Shown here one piece after another: positions 40,359-50,398 of a stretch of 58,334 nt of DNA. Source of the DNA: Rickettsiales bacterium (GTDB lineage Bacteria > Pseudomonadota > Alphaproteobacteria > Rickettsiales > BLZN01); assembly GCA_014132315.1 (NCBI GenBank), contig BLZN01000132.1, positions 1 through 58,334 of the forward strand, read 5' to 3'. Made by a program: the position numbers and the translations under genes. Each line of letters opens with the position of its first letter. The first letter of the stretch is position 1. Under the pieces are notes generated by a model. It worked only from the letters and a program-made list of their open reading frames with translations, was not told the DNA's origin and did not search any database.

Positions 40359-41756
40359 CTAAAGAATAAACCTATGTAAATCAGTAGCCCACTTGCTAAA
40401 TTCTTTTAAATTCATTTTAACATACTCACTATCAATCTTAACCGTTGTATTTTTCATGTCGCATGCATCAAAACTTACCTCTGCAAGCAACTTCTCAAGT
40501 ATCGCGTGCAACCTCCTAGCCCCTATATCCTCAAGCTCTTTATTGAGCGAAATCGCCAACTCAGCTATAGACTTAATTCCGTCTTCGCAGAATTCCAGCT
40601 TCACACCCTCGGTCATCAGGAGTGCCTGATATTGCTTTATCGCACTGGATTCGGGTTCGGTTAAAATTTTCACCATATCATCCAAAGTCAGAGAAGAAAG
40701 CTCAACCCTGACCGGAAATCTACCCTGCATCTCAGGCAGCAAATCAGAGGGCTTAGACAAATGAAAAGCTCCGGATGCTATAAAAAGAATGTAATCAGTT
40801 TTAACGCAGCCATATTTCGTAGAAACAGCAGTACCCTCCACAAGAGGCAAAAGATCTCTCTGCACCCCTTCCCTACTAACGTCACCACCCCCTTTGATCG
40901 TGTGGTTAACTGCAATTTTATCCACCTCATCAAGAAATATAATCCCTTCATTTTCCGTGAGGGTAATAGCCTCTTTGACAATCGTATCCTCGTCTATCAG
41001 TTTATCGCTTTCTTCTTTAGATAAAATCTCCAGTGCCTCTTTGACTGACATAGTTTTCTTTTTAGTTTGTTTACGGCCTAGCATTTTATTAACGAAATCG
41101 TTCATATTGACGATCCCCATCTGACCGCCCGGTGCACCTGGGATGTCATAAGTAGAAAGACCGCCCTTGCTGTTGTTATCCGTAATTTCTATTTCCACTT
41201 CCTTTTCGTCCAGCTCACCGCTCTTCAATTTCTCCGTGAATATCTTCCTAGTCTCAGGGCTGGCATCTTTGCCTGAAAGCATGGTCACAATAATATCTAA
41301 TGCAACTTTCTCAGCCGACACCGCCACTTCTTTTCTTTTGCGCTTCCGCACAATCTCTAACGCATTATCCAACAAGTCTCTAATCATTGAATCCACATCA
41401 CGCCCCACATAGCCGACCTCAGTATACTTAGTAGCTTCAACCTTCACAAAAGGTGCCTCAAGAAGCTTGGCAAGTCTCCTGGCAATTTCCGTTTTGCCCA
41501 CACCTGTCGGCCCCTTCATGAGTATGTTTTTGGGTGTGATTTCGTCCCTCAGTGGAAGCTCGACATAGCGGCGGCGCAGCCTATTTCTGAGGGCATTAGC
41601 CACGGCACGTTTTGCTTCTAAATGTCCAACCACATGGCGATTAAGCTGGTTCACAATTTCTTTGGGTGCCAGCCCCCCTTCAACTAAGCCAATTAACGGC
41701 CCATCCTCAGTCGTATGTGTATTGCTTGGATCTATTTTGCAGCTCATATTCATCAA
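40359..41756 (-). CDS. hslU: ATP-dependent protease ATPase subunit HslU
   Basis: 465 aa with Walker [18 protein letters not shown], Walker B IIFLDEVDKI, and the I-domain insertion and C-terminal pattern typical of HslU. No hslV upstream. Confidence 0.92.
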   Translation of the reverse strand: MMNMSCKIDPSNTHTTEDGPLIGLVEGGLAPKEIVNQLNRHVVGHLEAKRAVANALRNRLRRRYVELPLRDEITPKNILMKGPTGVGKTEIARRLAKLLEAPFVKVEATKYTEVGYVGRDVDSMIRDLLDNALEIVRKRKRKEVAVSAEKVALDIIVTMLSGKDASPETRKIFTEKLKSGELDEKEVEIEITDNNSKGGLSTYDIPGAPGGQMGIVNMNDFVNKMLGRKQTKKKTMSVKEALEILSKEESDKLIDEDTIVKEAITLTENEGIIFLDEVDKIAVNHTIKGGGDVSREGVQRDLLPLVEGTAVSTKYGCVKTDYILFIASGAFHLSKPSDLLPEMQGRFPVRVELSSLTLDDMVKILTEPESSAIKQYQALLMTEGVKLEFCEDGIKSIAELAISLNKELEDIGARRLHAILEKLLAEVSFDACDMKNTTVKIDSEYVKMNLKEFSKWATDLHRFIL

Positions 41757-41869
41757 GACAAACTTAAATATCTCATTATTATACTTTATCCCGCAGAACG
41801 CAAGTCTGCAACAAATCTACGCAGATATAGTAAAGAAAGCATTGCAGCCTGTATTTTGCCCCCTAGCTC

Positions 41870-42742
41870 TCAAGGCCCATTGGCTGAGAAAGCCTTAGCT
41901 AAATTATGGTTGAATTCTGCACAAAATATAAAACAAATACTGATTAAATAGAAGAAAAGCATAGAAACTATAATACCGGCTAAGCTGCCATAAATAATGC
42001 TAAGCTGATTAAAGCTTCTTAAGTAATAGGACAGGGCTTCTGCAGTCGATGACCACAGCAGCACCAACAAAATAGTACCAGGCATCACCTTGCGCCATTT
42101 TTGCTTCACATTCGGTAAGGTTAGATATAGCCAAAAAGCACAAAAAAATAATATTGCCACGCTAAATAAATATCTGATGTATATGAGATCTAATAACGGT
42201 TTAACATCAAAATATTTGCTCAACATATCTACAAATATAGGTACTACGGTCAAGCTGAGAATTGCCAGCACCATCGCAACAGTGATGAAAAGTATCTGCA
42301 CAATGCTGAGTAACCTCCTAAAAATATAAGCAGGAGGAGTATGTACCCTATAAGCTCTATTTAAAACAGTGCGCATTCCTTCTACCACAGAAGATGCAGT
42401 CCATAGCGCCCCAGCCGCGGAAAGCGTCAGAACGCCTTGTGGAGGCTTGGAGATTATTTCCGTGATCCTCGGTTTTAGTCCATCAATCACGTCTTTGGGG
42501 ATGCTATAAGATAAAATAAACTCGATAAAATCTTCCCAGAGCTTGTTGTCGTCTAGCAACTGGGCTATCTGGCCAATTATGGCAGCGAAAAAAACCAGGA
42601 ATGGGAATAAAGAGAGTAAAAATAAAAATGCAAGATAACCTGCATATTCTGCCCCATCATGATCTATTGTGTCGTAAATCGCATTCGAGAAGCACCTGAG
42701 CAGGGTTCCCAAAAATTTAGATAGACCGGAATATATGAGCAT
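41870..42742 (-). CDS. YihY/BrkB-family inner membrane protein
   Basis: 290 aa with 6 predicted TM segments and the YihY pattern (GAEYAGYLAFLFLLSLFPFLVF, YGSLAGIIVSMLFFYL). Confidence 0.8.
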   Translation of the reverse strand: MLIYSGLSKFLGTLLRCFSNAIYDTIDHDGAEYAGYLAFLFLLSLFPFLVFFAAIIGQIAQLLDDNKLWEDFIEFILSYSIPKDVIDGLKPRITEIISKPPQGVLTLSAAGALWTASSVVEGMRTVLNRAYRVHTPPAYIFRRLLSIVQILFITVAMVLAILSLTVVPIFVDMLSKYFDVKPLLDLIYIRYLFSVAILFFCAFWLYLTLPNVKQKWRKVMPGTILLVLLWSSTAEALSYYLRSFNQLSIIYGSLAGIIVSMLFFYLISICFIFCAEFNHNLAKAFSANGP

Positions 42743-42877
42743 AAAATAACAATATAATTCTCAAAGCAGAAATCGTTTTTTCTCTTTGCAATGCAATATG
42801 GCATATTATATTATTCATAGTATTTAGCATTTTCAAGATCAGCGCAAAAGCTAGTGAGTCAAAATATCTGAATTAGC

Positions 42878-45085
42878 ATGGAGATCACAAGATATCATTT
42901 GTGTAATTTGATCTGCAGCTTACTGATTGCAGTGACACTTTTTGTATCTACCAACAGCCCGGCTCTTCTTCTAATTTTTGCTTTAGCTATTAGTGCAAAC
43001 ATATTCTTAAGCATTGCACCACAAAACACAAGCAATAGAAAAATTCAAGCTTTGCTAAAGCAAAATCAAATATTAATAGAGTCTTTAAGGCAAATTAATA
43101 AAATTACTATAATTAGTAATCATCTCAACAATATCGAACTTATCATAGAGCAAAAAACAACCAGGACTACAAGTAAATTGAATGCATTGGAAGTCTTAAA
43201 AAAATTGGACTTTGACATATCCAATTTACCTGATTTACAGTCATCCATTAAAGTTTTTGATCAGAAGCTGCAAAATCAAATGTGCATCAATAAAATCGCG
43301 GATGACCGCTTAAGCCTGAATATAAACACAATAAATACAGAGGAAATCCTTGGTCAGTTATTGGAAAAACACGGGATATGCACTTACATATCAGATCAGA
43401 AAGGCAGCATCATAAAAACTAACGACAACTTCGCAAAAAAATTTAAAGATGGAGCAAGAGACAAAATAGCTAACTTCTTGCATAAAAACCAAAACAGCAT
43501 GACCAGGGCAGAATTTGCCCAAAATAGCGAGAATATGCTTATCAGTCAGATTAAAGCTGATCAGGAGGCAGCTTTTGGGATCATAACTCTCAAAGAGCCA
43601 AATAACAAAGCAGCATGGCAGAAACATTTCGAAAAACTACCAATGGCAATTGCTGAGCTTGATTTCTCAGGAGTTATAAATCAAAGCAATTGCTCCTTCA
43701 AAAGACTAATAGACATACAACAAAACAAAAATAAAATATATGATTATATAAAACCAAGCTTTGTTCAAAAAACAAGGGAATATCTGGATCCCAATAATAA
43801 GAATCCAAGCAGACATATCGAGATAGAGTTGAGCAACGAAAAACCGGTGTTAATTTATTCTGCTAAAACTAACAATCATATAACCATCTGCAGCACAGAC
43901 ATTGCAGAGCAAAAAAAACTGGAGCTGAACCTCCTGCACTCGCAAAAGATGCAGGTAATAGGCCAACTCGCAGGGGGAATAGCGCACGATTTTAATAATT
44001 TAATAACCGCAATAACAGGATTCTGTGAGTTGCTGCTGACAAGGCATCCGCCTGGAGATCAATCATTCCCCGATATAATACAAATAAAACAAAATGCAAA
44101 CAGGGCTGCGAACCTGGTGAGGCAGCTGCTGGCTTTTTCGAGAAAACAAATGCTGCAGCCCAAAATCATTGACATAACTGAAGTGTTGGTGGAATTGGCA
44201 CATCTGATCCGCAGGCTGATTGGGGAGGATATAGCGCTTGAGATAATCCACAGCCAGAATCTTGGTTTGGTAAAATTTGACCAAAGTCAGTTGGAGCAGA
44301 TAATCATCAATCTTGCGGTGAATGCCCGTGATGCAATGCAAAACGGCGGCAAGTTAACCATCAAAACCAGCAATATGAATGCAGATCAGGCAAACAAGCT
44401 GCAGCGTTTTCCATCAGAAATGCTGAGCCCCGGGGAATACATACTAATAGAGTTAAAAGACACAGGATGCGGCATAGACAAAAAAATCATTAATAAAATT
44501 TTTGAGCCATTTTTCTCAACCAAAGAAGCAGGAAAAGGAACAGGGCTTGGGCTCTCAACGGCCTATGGAACGATCAAGCAAGCAGAAGGGCAAATATATG
44601 TGGATAGCAAACCTGGCGAAGGAACAACTTTCAGCATATTCCTAAAAAGATCCCACAACACACAGCGCAGAGCAAAAACTCGATCCCAATCTGCCCAGGA
44701 ACAGCAGACGCTGGATTTGACAGGAAACGAAACTATATTGCTAGTGGAAGATGAGGCTGCAATCCGTACATGCAGCGCCACCATGCTGACAAACAAAGGA
44801 TATAGGGTTATCGAGGCAGACTCTGCAGAATCTGCATTAAAAATTATAGGAAATGAGAAAATTGATTTGATAATCACTGATGTCGTTATGCCAAACATGA
44901 GCGGACCTCAAATGTTTGAAAAAATTGCCAAAGAATATCCCGATATCAAAGTAATTTTTATCTCTGGATATACAGATAAGCCAATTATACAAAATCATAA
45001 TACTCAGCCCAATTTTCTATCCAAGCCTTTCACGCTAAAGGAGTTGGCCATTAAGGTTAAAAAAGCAATAAATACAGCAGTATAA
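42878..45085 (+). CDS. cckA: Hybrid sensor histidine kinase/response regulator, CckA-like
   Basis: 735 aa with two N-terminal TM segments and PAS-like regions. H box is QLAGGIAHDFNNLITAI, N box NLAVNARDAM, G boxes DTGCGI and GKGTGLGLS. The C-terminal REC domain shows ILLVEDEAAIR, ITDVVMPNMSG and SKPF. The architecture and GGIAHDFNNLL-type H box match CckA, and ctrA lies in the same window. Confidence 0.75.
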   Translation: MEITRYHLCNLICSLLIAVTLFVSTNSPALLLIFALAISANIFLSIAPQNTSNRKIQALLKQNQILIESLRQINKITIISNHLNNIELIIEQKTTRTTSKLNALEVLKKLDFDISNLPDLQSSIKVFDQKLQNQMCINKIADDRLSLNINTINTEEILGQLLEKHGICTYISDQKGSIIKTNDNFAKKFKDGARDKIANFLHKNQNSMTRAEFAQNSENMLISQIKADQEAAFGIITLKEPNNKAAWQKHFEKLPMAIAELDFSGVINQSNCSFKRLIDIQQNKNKIYDYIKPSFVQKTREYLDPNNKNPSRHIEIELSNEKPVLIYSAKTNNHITICSTDIAEQKKLELNLLHSQKMQVIGQLAGGIAHDFNNLITAITGFCELLLTRHPPGDQSFPDIIQIKQNANRAANLVRQLLAFSRKQMLQPKIIDITEVLVELAHLIRRLIGEDIALEIIHSQNLGLVKFDQSQLEQIIINLAVNARDAMQNGGKLTIKTSNMNADQANKLQRFPSEMLSPGEYILIELKDTGCGIDKKIINKIFEPFFSTKEAGKGTGLGLSTAYGTIKQAEGQIYVDSKPGEGTTFSIFLKRSHNTQRRAKTRSQSAQEQQTLDLTGNETILLVEDEAAIRTCSATMLTNKGYRVIEADSAESALKIIGNEKIDLIITDVVMPNMSGPQMFEKIAKEYPDIKVIFISGYTDKPIIQNHNTQPNFLSKPFTLKELAIKVKKAINTAV

Positions 45086-45389
45086 ACCTGTGCAAAAATT
45101 TTTAACAGAACCCATAAATTTCCACAAACTATGCAATATACTGTCTGATCCGTAAAATTTTTAAGTAATGTGGATTTCTATATTTTGCGAATTCTCGAAC
45201 AAGATGTAGTATGTTGTTTTAAGCGCCAATTTATTATAATGCAACATTATACAATCTGCTTTGTAAACACAAAAAACAATGAGGAGCTGCCAGAATGCAA
45301 ACGCAGCAGCAAGATAGGTTAATGCTGTCATTAAGTTACCTTTATGCAAGAAATTAAGCCCAATAATTCTCCTTCCTGTAAGCCTATAA

Positions 45390-46250
45390 TCAAGCAAGCA
45401 GCCACTGCCTAACAAGCAGGATCTGCTCCTGCTCCATCAGTGCGGGGGTATGACCGGCTTCAACCTCGATCAAATCCACCTTGGCGTCTTCAAGCTGCAG
45501 CATTTGCCCTGCAACTTCCCTAGAAAGAATGTGCGATGTTCTACCGCGTATCACCAAAGTAGGCGCCGTAATCTTGCGCCATATATCCCACATATCATAA
45601 CTATCCATTATTTTCTTACCCTTGCCAAAATTACGGATAATCGCCGGGTCCTCATGCAGCCTATAGCATCTATCCTTATCCATCACGATGCTATGCCTAA
45701 TCAAATGTGACAGGTGCTCAGGCTTCTTGAGACCAAAAGTAGCAAACATTTTACGCAAGAAGTCCTCTATGGCACCCAGATCACCAGGGAGAGCGAGCGC
45801 AGAGCGCAGGAAGTCTCTGGTGTTGGTCAATGCCCTGCCAGAAACATACGGCCCTATGTCATTCAAAACAAGCTTGGAAATTTTTTCCGGATATCTGCTG
45901 GCTATGATCATGCCTATAATGCCGCCCATGGATGTGCCAATAAAATCCACCAGGCCACAAGATAAATGGTCAATCAGCAGCAATAAATCTTGTACATACT
46001 CCTCATAAATATAATAGCTCTTGTCGACCAACCAGTCGCTCCTGCCTCTGCCTGCAACATCAACGCAAATAACCTGGCAAACATCAGACAGATTATTCGC
46101 CAAATAATCAAAATCCCGAGAATTGCGGGTTAGTCCATGCACGCACAATATGGTTTTTCCGCTTCTACCCCACTTGTTATAGGCGATATTTCCTCTTCTG
46201 CCGGGGAATTTTTCATGGGTGATGGCACAATAATGCTGAGTAAATTTCAT
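45390..46250 (-). CDS. Alpha/beta-fold hydrolase
   Basis: 286 aa with an HG oxyanion region (LCVHGLTRNSRDF), nucleophile elbow GTSMGG and a C-terminal His (EAGHTP). Substrate unknown. Confidence 0.8.
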   Translation of the reverse strand: MKFTQHYCAITHEKFPGRRGNIAYNKWGRSGKTILCVHGLTRNSRDFDYLANNLSDVCQVICVDVAGRGRSDWLVDKSYYIYEEYVQDLLLLIDHLSCGLVDFIGTSMGGIIGMIIASRYPEKISKLVLNDIGPYVSGRALTNTRDFLRSALALPGDLGAIEDFLRKMFATFGLKKPEHLSHLIRHSIVMDKDRCYRLHEDPAIIRNFGKGKKIMDSYDMWDIWRKITAPTLVIRGRTSHILSREVAGQMLQLEDAKVDLIEVEAGHTPALMEQEQILLVRQWLLA

Positions 46251-46434
46251 AGATTATTTATAAATTATTCATAGGCTATACGAAATTTCTAACCGGTAGT
46301 GTTGCCAAGGCTATAGGACAAAATCAGCAAGGGCACTGAATATAAAAATAGCATGCAGCAGGGATTTACATAGCTAATAAAAACATGTTAGCTCTACATG
46401 TCGATTCCAAAAATAACCTAGATGATAGCATAAA

Positions 46435-47196
46435 ATGCGTCTCTGCTTCATATTCATCATCCTGCTGCTGACAAATAGCAGTCATGCTGCTCAGACAAGA
46501 ATCAAACTGGCCATAGAGCAACCTTTATTGTTTGCGGTCAATGAAATAGCACAAAATTATCTTTTGGAGCATAATGTAATTTTCGATGTGCTATATATCA
46601 ATGATTATGCAACTATATATAAATATTTTGAGCAAGATAACAATATGGATATCGTAGTAACCTCAAATACGCATCTGCTTGAGTTCCTGCAGGAAAAATA
46701 TGGCGCAGAGAGTTTTGACATTGCAAAGGATAAACTTGCACTTTATGCAGATCAGGATAGCATGATCTATGCCAATCTAAAAGATACTAACAATTTCTCC
46801 ATGGCAGATCTGCTCACGACAATCTCTAATGTTGCCAATATAGTATGCGGCAATTTCGATGAAACAATTGACGGTATGCACACAAAAGCTGCGCTGGAAA
46901 AAGCGCAAGTACTGCACAAAATAGCAGATAGGTTAGTGTTAGTTAAAGATGATGAGGCGATAAGATATTTAACAGGCAAGAGCAAAACAGTGGGCATAAT
47001 GTTAAAAAATACTGAAAAACTCACCAGTGACGACATGAAAATTATTTCAATATTTAAAGATTATGATATAATATATAATGTAGCGATATTAGCAAATGCA
47101 AAAAAAAAGGCAGAAGCGCTAAGTTTTATAGAATTTTTACGCACTAAAGCCGCCCAAGCAATACTAGAAAAGCATGGTTTCACAATCGGGAAATAA
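46435..47196 (+). CDS. ModA-like periplasmic substrate-binding protein (divergent)
   Basis: 253 aa with a signal peptide and overall ModA-type layout, including the C-terminal AEALSFIEFLRTKAAQAILEKHGF. The positions I remember as anion-binding (AAASL, SxGxSG) are not conserved (AIEQPL, LYINDY). Confidence 0.5.
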   Translation: MRLCFIFIILLLTNSSHAAQTRIKLAIEQPLLFAVNEIAQNYLLEHNVIFDVLYINDYATIYKYFEQDNNMDIVVTSNTHLLEFLQEKYGAESFDIAKDKLALYADQDSMIYANLKDTNNFSMADLLTTISNVANIVCGNFDETIDGMHTKAALEKAQVLHKIADRLVLVKDDEAIRYLTGKSKTVGIMLKNTEKLTSDDMKIISIFKDYDIIYNVAILANAKKKAEALSFIEFLRTKAAQAILEKHGFTIGK

Positions 47197-47628
47197 ATGA
47201 AAACAGCAGCAATCTTAAAAGTTATACTTCTAATATTTTTAATAGTAATTTTTATACTATTAATAGTAAAAGCTGCTAAAAAATGCAGATTGATCTTCAC
47301 TAAGAAACTCAATCAAAAAGCCCATAAGAGATATCTGGAAGAAAAAGCCAAAATATTAGAAAAACAGCGGCAAAACCAACTCGAAAACGTGCAGTATTAT
47401 GGCCCGCAAAACATGCCAGAGCCAGAGCAGATTGTGGGCATAGCAAAACCAGTAGGTCGATGGACAGAATTCGTAATCAAACAAAAATTTGCCTATCTCC
47501 ATGCACTAAAACAGTTTTTAGCCCAACAGGACACCTCAGGGGACAACAGAAAGGGCTTTTGGCAAATTATGATCGAAGCAAAGTCACAGGCACAAGGCAG
47601 GCATCAGGGCAAAAGCAAAGGACGTTAG
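47197..47628 (+). CDS. Hypothetical membrane-anchored protein
   Basis: 143 aa. The ATG directly abuts the TAA of the upstream gene. Has an N-terminal TM segment, a charged helical stretch, then IVGIAKPVGRWTEFVIKQKF. I recognise no family. Confidence 0.5.
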   Translation: MKTAAILKVILLIFLIVIFILLIVKAAKKCRLIFTKKLNQKAHKRYLEEKAKILEKQRQNQLENVQYYGPQNMPEPEQIVGIAKPVGRWTEFVIKQKFAYLHALKQFLAQQDTSGDNRKGFWQIMIEAKSQAQGRHQGKSKGR

Positions 47629-47683
47629 TGATATGTTAAGCTCTTTAATCTAATATAATCTTCAATGGTATATATTTTAAACT

Positions 47684-48010
47684 ATGGCAGAAAAACGAGC
47701 AAGTTCCCTAACAATCAAGAAAGTTACTGTTCCATGCAGCTTTGCTGGCAACAAATCGCCCTTCACGGTTTATATTGGCTACCCTAAAGATGACAGCCCA
47801 CATCCCCTATATTTTCAAAGCAAGTGGGCGCAAGACAAAAGCGGCGTAATCCCAGAGCCCATAATAAAAAGTATCTCCGATATATACCGGATATCACAAA
47901 AAAATAGGCTGGACTTTCCTAGTTTATTTACATATGCAATGCAATTAGCTACCTACAAAAAACAAATCAGCACTGTGCAAGAAGAAGAGTCAGATTCGGA
48001 AAAACCTTAG
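47684..48010 (+). CDS. Small conserved hypothetical protein (resembles DUF2610 from memory)
   Basis: 108 aa. The pattern VTVPCSFAGNKSPFTVYIGYPKDDSPHPLYFQSKWAQDKSGVIP resembles, from memory, a small family found in proteobacterial intracellular bacteria. Not verified. Confidence 0.5.
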   Translation: MAEKRASSLTIKKVTVPCSFAGNKSPFTVYIGYPKDDSPHPLYFQSKWAQDKSGVIPEPIIKSISDIYRISQKNRLDFPSLFTYAMQLATYKKQISTVQEEESDSEKP

Positions 48011-48052
48011 AGTAAAACTATAATAAAATAGTAATGCAATAACGACATACTT

Positions 48053-49021
48053 TTAAGAGTTAAGAATTTTGACAAAATCCCTGTAAAACACCTGTGGATC
48101 AATATCCCGCACATAACCCATTCTGCTTGAACACCTGCCGGTTTTGCTCAATTCTCCCAAGTGATTTGCCTCCTCATCAAACTCCACCTCAACTCTCAAC
48201 TCATCATCACAAATAGTCCGCACCAAACCAGGAGTACCAACCAAAACAGAGGCGGCAAGCTGGTCATACATATATTCATAACCTCTTGTGCTTAGCACTA
48301 TATTCAGTCTGTAGCTTTCTATCTGCTTTACAAGCCAACTAGCATTCTGCGACAAATCTAACTCTGATAACAACTCAAGCATAGACGCCACCTGATAGCA
48401 AGCATCTAAAGGCACAAACAGCAGCTGTAAATCGCTTTCCAGAACATATTTTGTCGCAACAGGATCGACAAAAATATTCCACTCCGCATAATTGCCAAGA
48501 TAATGCGAATTATTCGAATCATGACCTACATTACCAATAACATCAATCGCACCGCCCATAATGACAACTCTTCTGATAAAAGAGAGATCATGGCCCGCCT
48601 TCAGCAGATAGCCTAGGGTTGTTAGTCCGCCGATTGAAAAAAAATCAATTTTATTACCTGATCTTGTAAGATGCTCAAAAAATTCCACCACGTCTCCCGG
48701 CTGTTGTAGAGGATCGCTTTTGGGTAGTTTAATTTTAAAAAGCTCATTCGCCTCACGACGAAAATCAGGAGAGAACATATTGCTATACATCATGGGCTTG
48801 TTACAGCCTTTGAGCACTGGGGTGTCATTTTTTCCAACAAAGCTCAGAACATTGCGTATGTTATCATAGCCCCTGCTTAAATTACACGCACCACAGCCAG
48901 TGACAATGATGGCTTCGATTTTTACTTTAGGGTGTTTTAATAAATAAAGGATTGCCCCATAATCATCAGACCCCAGATCAGTGTCAATCACAATATGTAA
49001 AAAATCATCAGTCATTGCCAA
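48053..49021 (-). CDS. Nucleoside hydrolase (IUNH family)
   Basis: 322 aa with the N-terminal aspartate cluster VIDTDLGSDDYGAILYLL, diagnostic of inosine-uridine-preferring nucleoside hydrolases. Confidence 0.85.
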   Translation of the reverse strand: MAMTDDFLHIVIDTDLGSDDYGAILYLLKHPKVKIEAIIVTGCGACNLSRGYDNIRNVLSFVGKNDTPVLKGCNKPMMYSNMFSPDFRREANELFKIKLPKSDPLQQPGDVVEFFEHLTRSGNKIDFFSIGGLTTLGYLLKAGHDLSFIRRVVIMGGAIDVIGNVGHDSNNSHYLGNYAEWNIFVDPVATKYVLESDLQLLFVPLDACYQVASMLELLSELDLSQNASWLVKQIESYRLNIVLSTRGYEYMYDQLAASVLVGTPGLVRTICDDELRVEVEFDEEANHLGELSKTGRCSSRMGYVRDIDPQVFYRDFVKILNS

Positions 49022-49081
49022 CCCCTAGTAATAATAAAAAAAATAGGCTATGTTGCGACCAAAATACCAAAACAAACCCCA

Positions 49082-50332
49082 ATGTCAAATAAGAAAATCC
49101 CAATTAGAAAAAATCTAAGAAAGCTTATTAAATCTAAGAAAATACAACGAAGGACCAGCAACAGAAAAGCAAAAGATGCACTGCTCTATTCTTTGAGCAT
49201 TATCTCACTGGCAACGGCCATCTTAATACTAAGTATGATAATATTCGGTGTGTTGCACCAGGGATATCAGGCTTTTATGCAAACAAAAATCCTGCTCAGG
49301 TTGGAGCTAGAGCAGCATGAACTGGGCAGCATGAGCTATCAAGATATTGCGTGTGCATCCTTAAGCAAATTCCTTCCCCTAAGCAAAAATCAATGCGAAA
49401 TCCATGAGATAATCAGCAGCAAAGCAGCAGAAGAAATACAGCGGGCAATCAAGCAAAATCCCGGCCAGAATCAGCTGGAAGCCTGGGTGACTGCTGCAGG
49501 CAAAATAGACATGCTCATAAAAGGCAAAATAGACAGAAGTCAAATTGATAGCGAGCTTGCATTGAATATTGACAATTTAATGCAGCAGGGCCTGGTTAAG
49601 CTCAGATTTAATCGAGCAATTTTCACATCCGCAGATTCAAGCTGGCCAGAAAGAGCAGGATTGCTGGGGGCTATCTTCGGCTCACTGGCGACAATGCTAG
49701 TATGCATAGCGGTATCTCTGCCAATAGGAATATTAACCGGGATATACTTGCAGGAATTTGCGCCTAAAAATAAAATTATTCATATAATTATGGTTAATAT
49801 ATATAATTTAGCATCCACACCATCAGTGGTATTTGGGCTTTTAGGAGGATATTTATATTTGGAGATACTCAGGATTCCACGCTCCTCACCGCTAGCAGGA
49901 GGGCTTACACTAGCTTTAATTATGCTGCCAATGGTGATTATAATCACTAAGCAAGCAATAAAAAATGTACCGCAATCAGTCAAAAACGCTGCTCTTGCCC
50001 TAGGAGCTTCGCATGCTCAGGCCTTATTTCATCATGTCCTGCCACTGGCACTGCCGGAAATTATGACCGGCATTATCCTGGGTATCGCCAGAATCTTAGG
50101 AGAAACCGCTCCGCTGCTGATAATAGGAATGGCGATATTCACCACAGAAATGCCAAATAGTATTACAGACGCCTCAGCCACTCTTTCTACGCAGATCTAT
50201 CTTTGGTCCAAAAGCCCTGAGATCGCCTTCAAGGAACGCACCGGAGCAGCCATCATAACGCTAATTTTGATAATCGCCCTGTTGAACATACTAGCGGCAA
50301 TTATCAAGAATAGGTTCAGCAAACTCAAATAA
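49082..50332 (+). CDS. pstA: Phosphate ABC transporter permease PstA
   Basis: 416 aa with a long periplasmic loop after TM1, as in alphaproteobacterial PstA. EAA-loop region is ALGASHAQALFHHVLPLALPEIMTGIILGIARILGETAPLL. No pstC or pstB adjacent. Confidence 0.8.
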   Translation: MSNKKIPIRKNLRKLIKSKKIQRRTSNRKAKDALLYSLSIISLATAILILSMIIFGVLHQGYQAFMQTKILLRLELEQHELGSMSYQDIACASLSKFLPLSKNQCEIHEIISSKAAEEIQRAIKQNPGQNQLEAWVTAAGKIDMLIKGKIDRSQIDSELALNIDNLMQQGLVKLRFNRAIFTSADSSWPERAGLLGAIFGSLATMLVCIAVSLPIGILTGIYLQEFAPKNKIIHIIMVNIYNLASTPSVVFGLLGGYLYLEILRIPRSSPLAGGLTLALIMLPMVIIITKQAIKNVPQSVKNAALALGASHAQALFHHVLPLALPEIMTGIILGIARILGETAPLLIIGMAIFTTEMPNSITDASATLSTQIYLWSKSPEIAFKERTGAAIITLILIIALLNILAAIIKNRFSKLK

Positions 50333-50398
50333 CTCTATCTATTTTGTTGCACATAAAGACTAAAATTGTTAGCATTTTATCAAAACATACCTAGCAAA

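Noticed and set aside
45161-45415. 84-aa minus-strand ORF (possible 56-aa membrane peptide from MTALTYLAAAFAFWQLL...)
   Set aside because: It overlaps the 3' end of the alpha/beta hydrolase gene, has a weak ribosome-binding site and no recognisable family. It is left uncalled, although a small membrane protein cannot be excluded.
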